DNA from: Okamejei kenojei
Lineage: Eukaryota
Direction of reading: 5' to 3'
Length of the DNA stretch: 64,000 bases
Assembly: GCA_035221665.1 (NCBI GenBank)
Contig: CM069133.1
Span: forward strand, 59,582,001-59,646,000
A program made the translations under genes and the position numbers. The stretch's first letter is position 1, and each line of letters opens with the position of its first letter. A model generated the notes under the pieces. It was given only the letters and a program-made list of their open reading frames with translations, did not search any database and was not told where the DNA came from. This document shows positions 62,837-64,000 of this stretch, one piece after another.

Positions 62837-63859
62837 AATGCTTATTTTAACGAAATTTGGCAACCCGACTATCTCCGGCGAACCTCTCTGAATTCGGGTC
62901 AAAGTCCATGTTCCATTCATGCCAGATATCTGGGCACATCAAAGCCGTACTAAAGAACCTTGCAAATGCGAACTAGGTTGAGTCGTGCTCTGCTCTTGCC
63001 CTCTATTCTCCGTAGGAACCTTTCTAGGCTTCATTCATCACTCTTCCTAATTGTGCTGTTGGCCACAGGGAAAATAACCATCCTGAACCTTGTACTTTGA
63101 TATTCACTTTTTGTTGGGCATTTCCCTCTTGCTGCTTTCACCATCCTGATGAATGATAGTGAGTAATGACACCAACCTTAGTGCCTGCAGTAATTTTCAC
63201 AGAACTTATTTCGCAGTTGAGTAGTTAAAATACAGCGAAAGATCTTCAAGGAGAGAAAAAGATTCAAGCAACACACAGGTACTATTTGAAAACACATTAC
63301 AATCCTTAGAGAATACCATCCACTCTTTCTGCCTGTTGGGGATCTTACTAACGTCCTGTTTCAACCCCAGATCAGAAATAGAAACTGTACCTTAAATCCA
63401 GCAAAATACAATGTTTAAGGATGTTGAATGCATTTTATTCATTTAGATTATTTTCAAAAACAAATGTGCAACCAGTTTGCACAGTTCTCTACTAATTGAT
63501 GTCTCTGATATTAGGGCTATGAGCTAGGGGAATGTTTTAGCTACCTCAGTTCTCTGCTGCACCTGCAACGAGAGAACAGGCAAAGTTCTGCTTACACATA
63601 GCTTTTAATGATGGAAAAACATATAGCAATTATGATAATTTCATGGCTGTGGTGTTTCACTCCAACTATTTAATGCATAAGAATGCTAGAAAGGTTTGTT
63701 AAGATGTGATTCTGGTTGGACATGTACTAATGTTTTATTTACTGCTGTTGATATTAACTTCTACGATGGCTGGTGAAGTGACAAGGATATTTATTGGTGC
63801 ATTATATATCTGACAAAAGCAGGCTGGAGTATTGAGCAGAACAACATAATACAAACTTA

Positions 63860-63980
63860 TGTGTAGGAAGGAACTGCAGATGCTGGTGTACACCAAAGAT
63901 TGGCACAAAATGCTGGAGTAACTCAGTGGAACAGGCAGCATTTCTGAATCCATTCCTTCTATCCGGAGATGCTGCCTTTT
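63860..63980 (-). mobile_element. Short Penelope-derived terminal fragment with partial inversion
   Basis: GGAAGGAACTGCAGATGCTGG...GGCAGCATTTCTG followed by inverted CCATTCCTTCT...GAGATGCTGCC. Confidence 0.7.
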
Positions 63981-64000
63981 CGTTGGACTGCTACGTTATT

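Noticed and set aside
1-64000. Prokaryotic systems (CRISPR arrays, retrons, operons)
   Set aside because: No regularly spaced repeats or gene-dense organisation; all RTs belong to eukaryotic retroelement classes

Overview
Repeat-dominated eukaryotic DNA with no confidently identifiable host gene, so the window is probably intronic or intergenic. The repeat set (CR1 LINEs, V-SINE/HE1-like SINEs sharing a CR1 tail, Rex1/Babar LINEs, Penelope-like elements) suggests a cartilaginous fish such as a skate or ray; this is inference. Main structures: (1) a structurally complete but decayed DIRS1-type tyrosine-recombinase retrotransposon (21427-26332, minus) with inverted termini and an internal complementary region; (2) a full Gypsy LTR element (39247-45612, minus) with a TCTAT TSD, tRNA-Leu PBS, PPT and two nested insertions, plus a related solo LTR; (3) many CR1 and Rex1/Babar fragments; (4) several TIR-bounded MITE-like elements. 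The most notable signal is a dispersed family of Penelope-derived elements from about 95 bp to 1.4 kb. Several have inverted (hairpin) ends and 9-17 bp target-site duplications, and many carry a minimal hammerhead-ribozyme core (CTGAAGA-stem-GAAACGTC). Nearly all listed ORFs are TE fragments or spurious. All calls were made by eye, with no database search.
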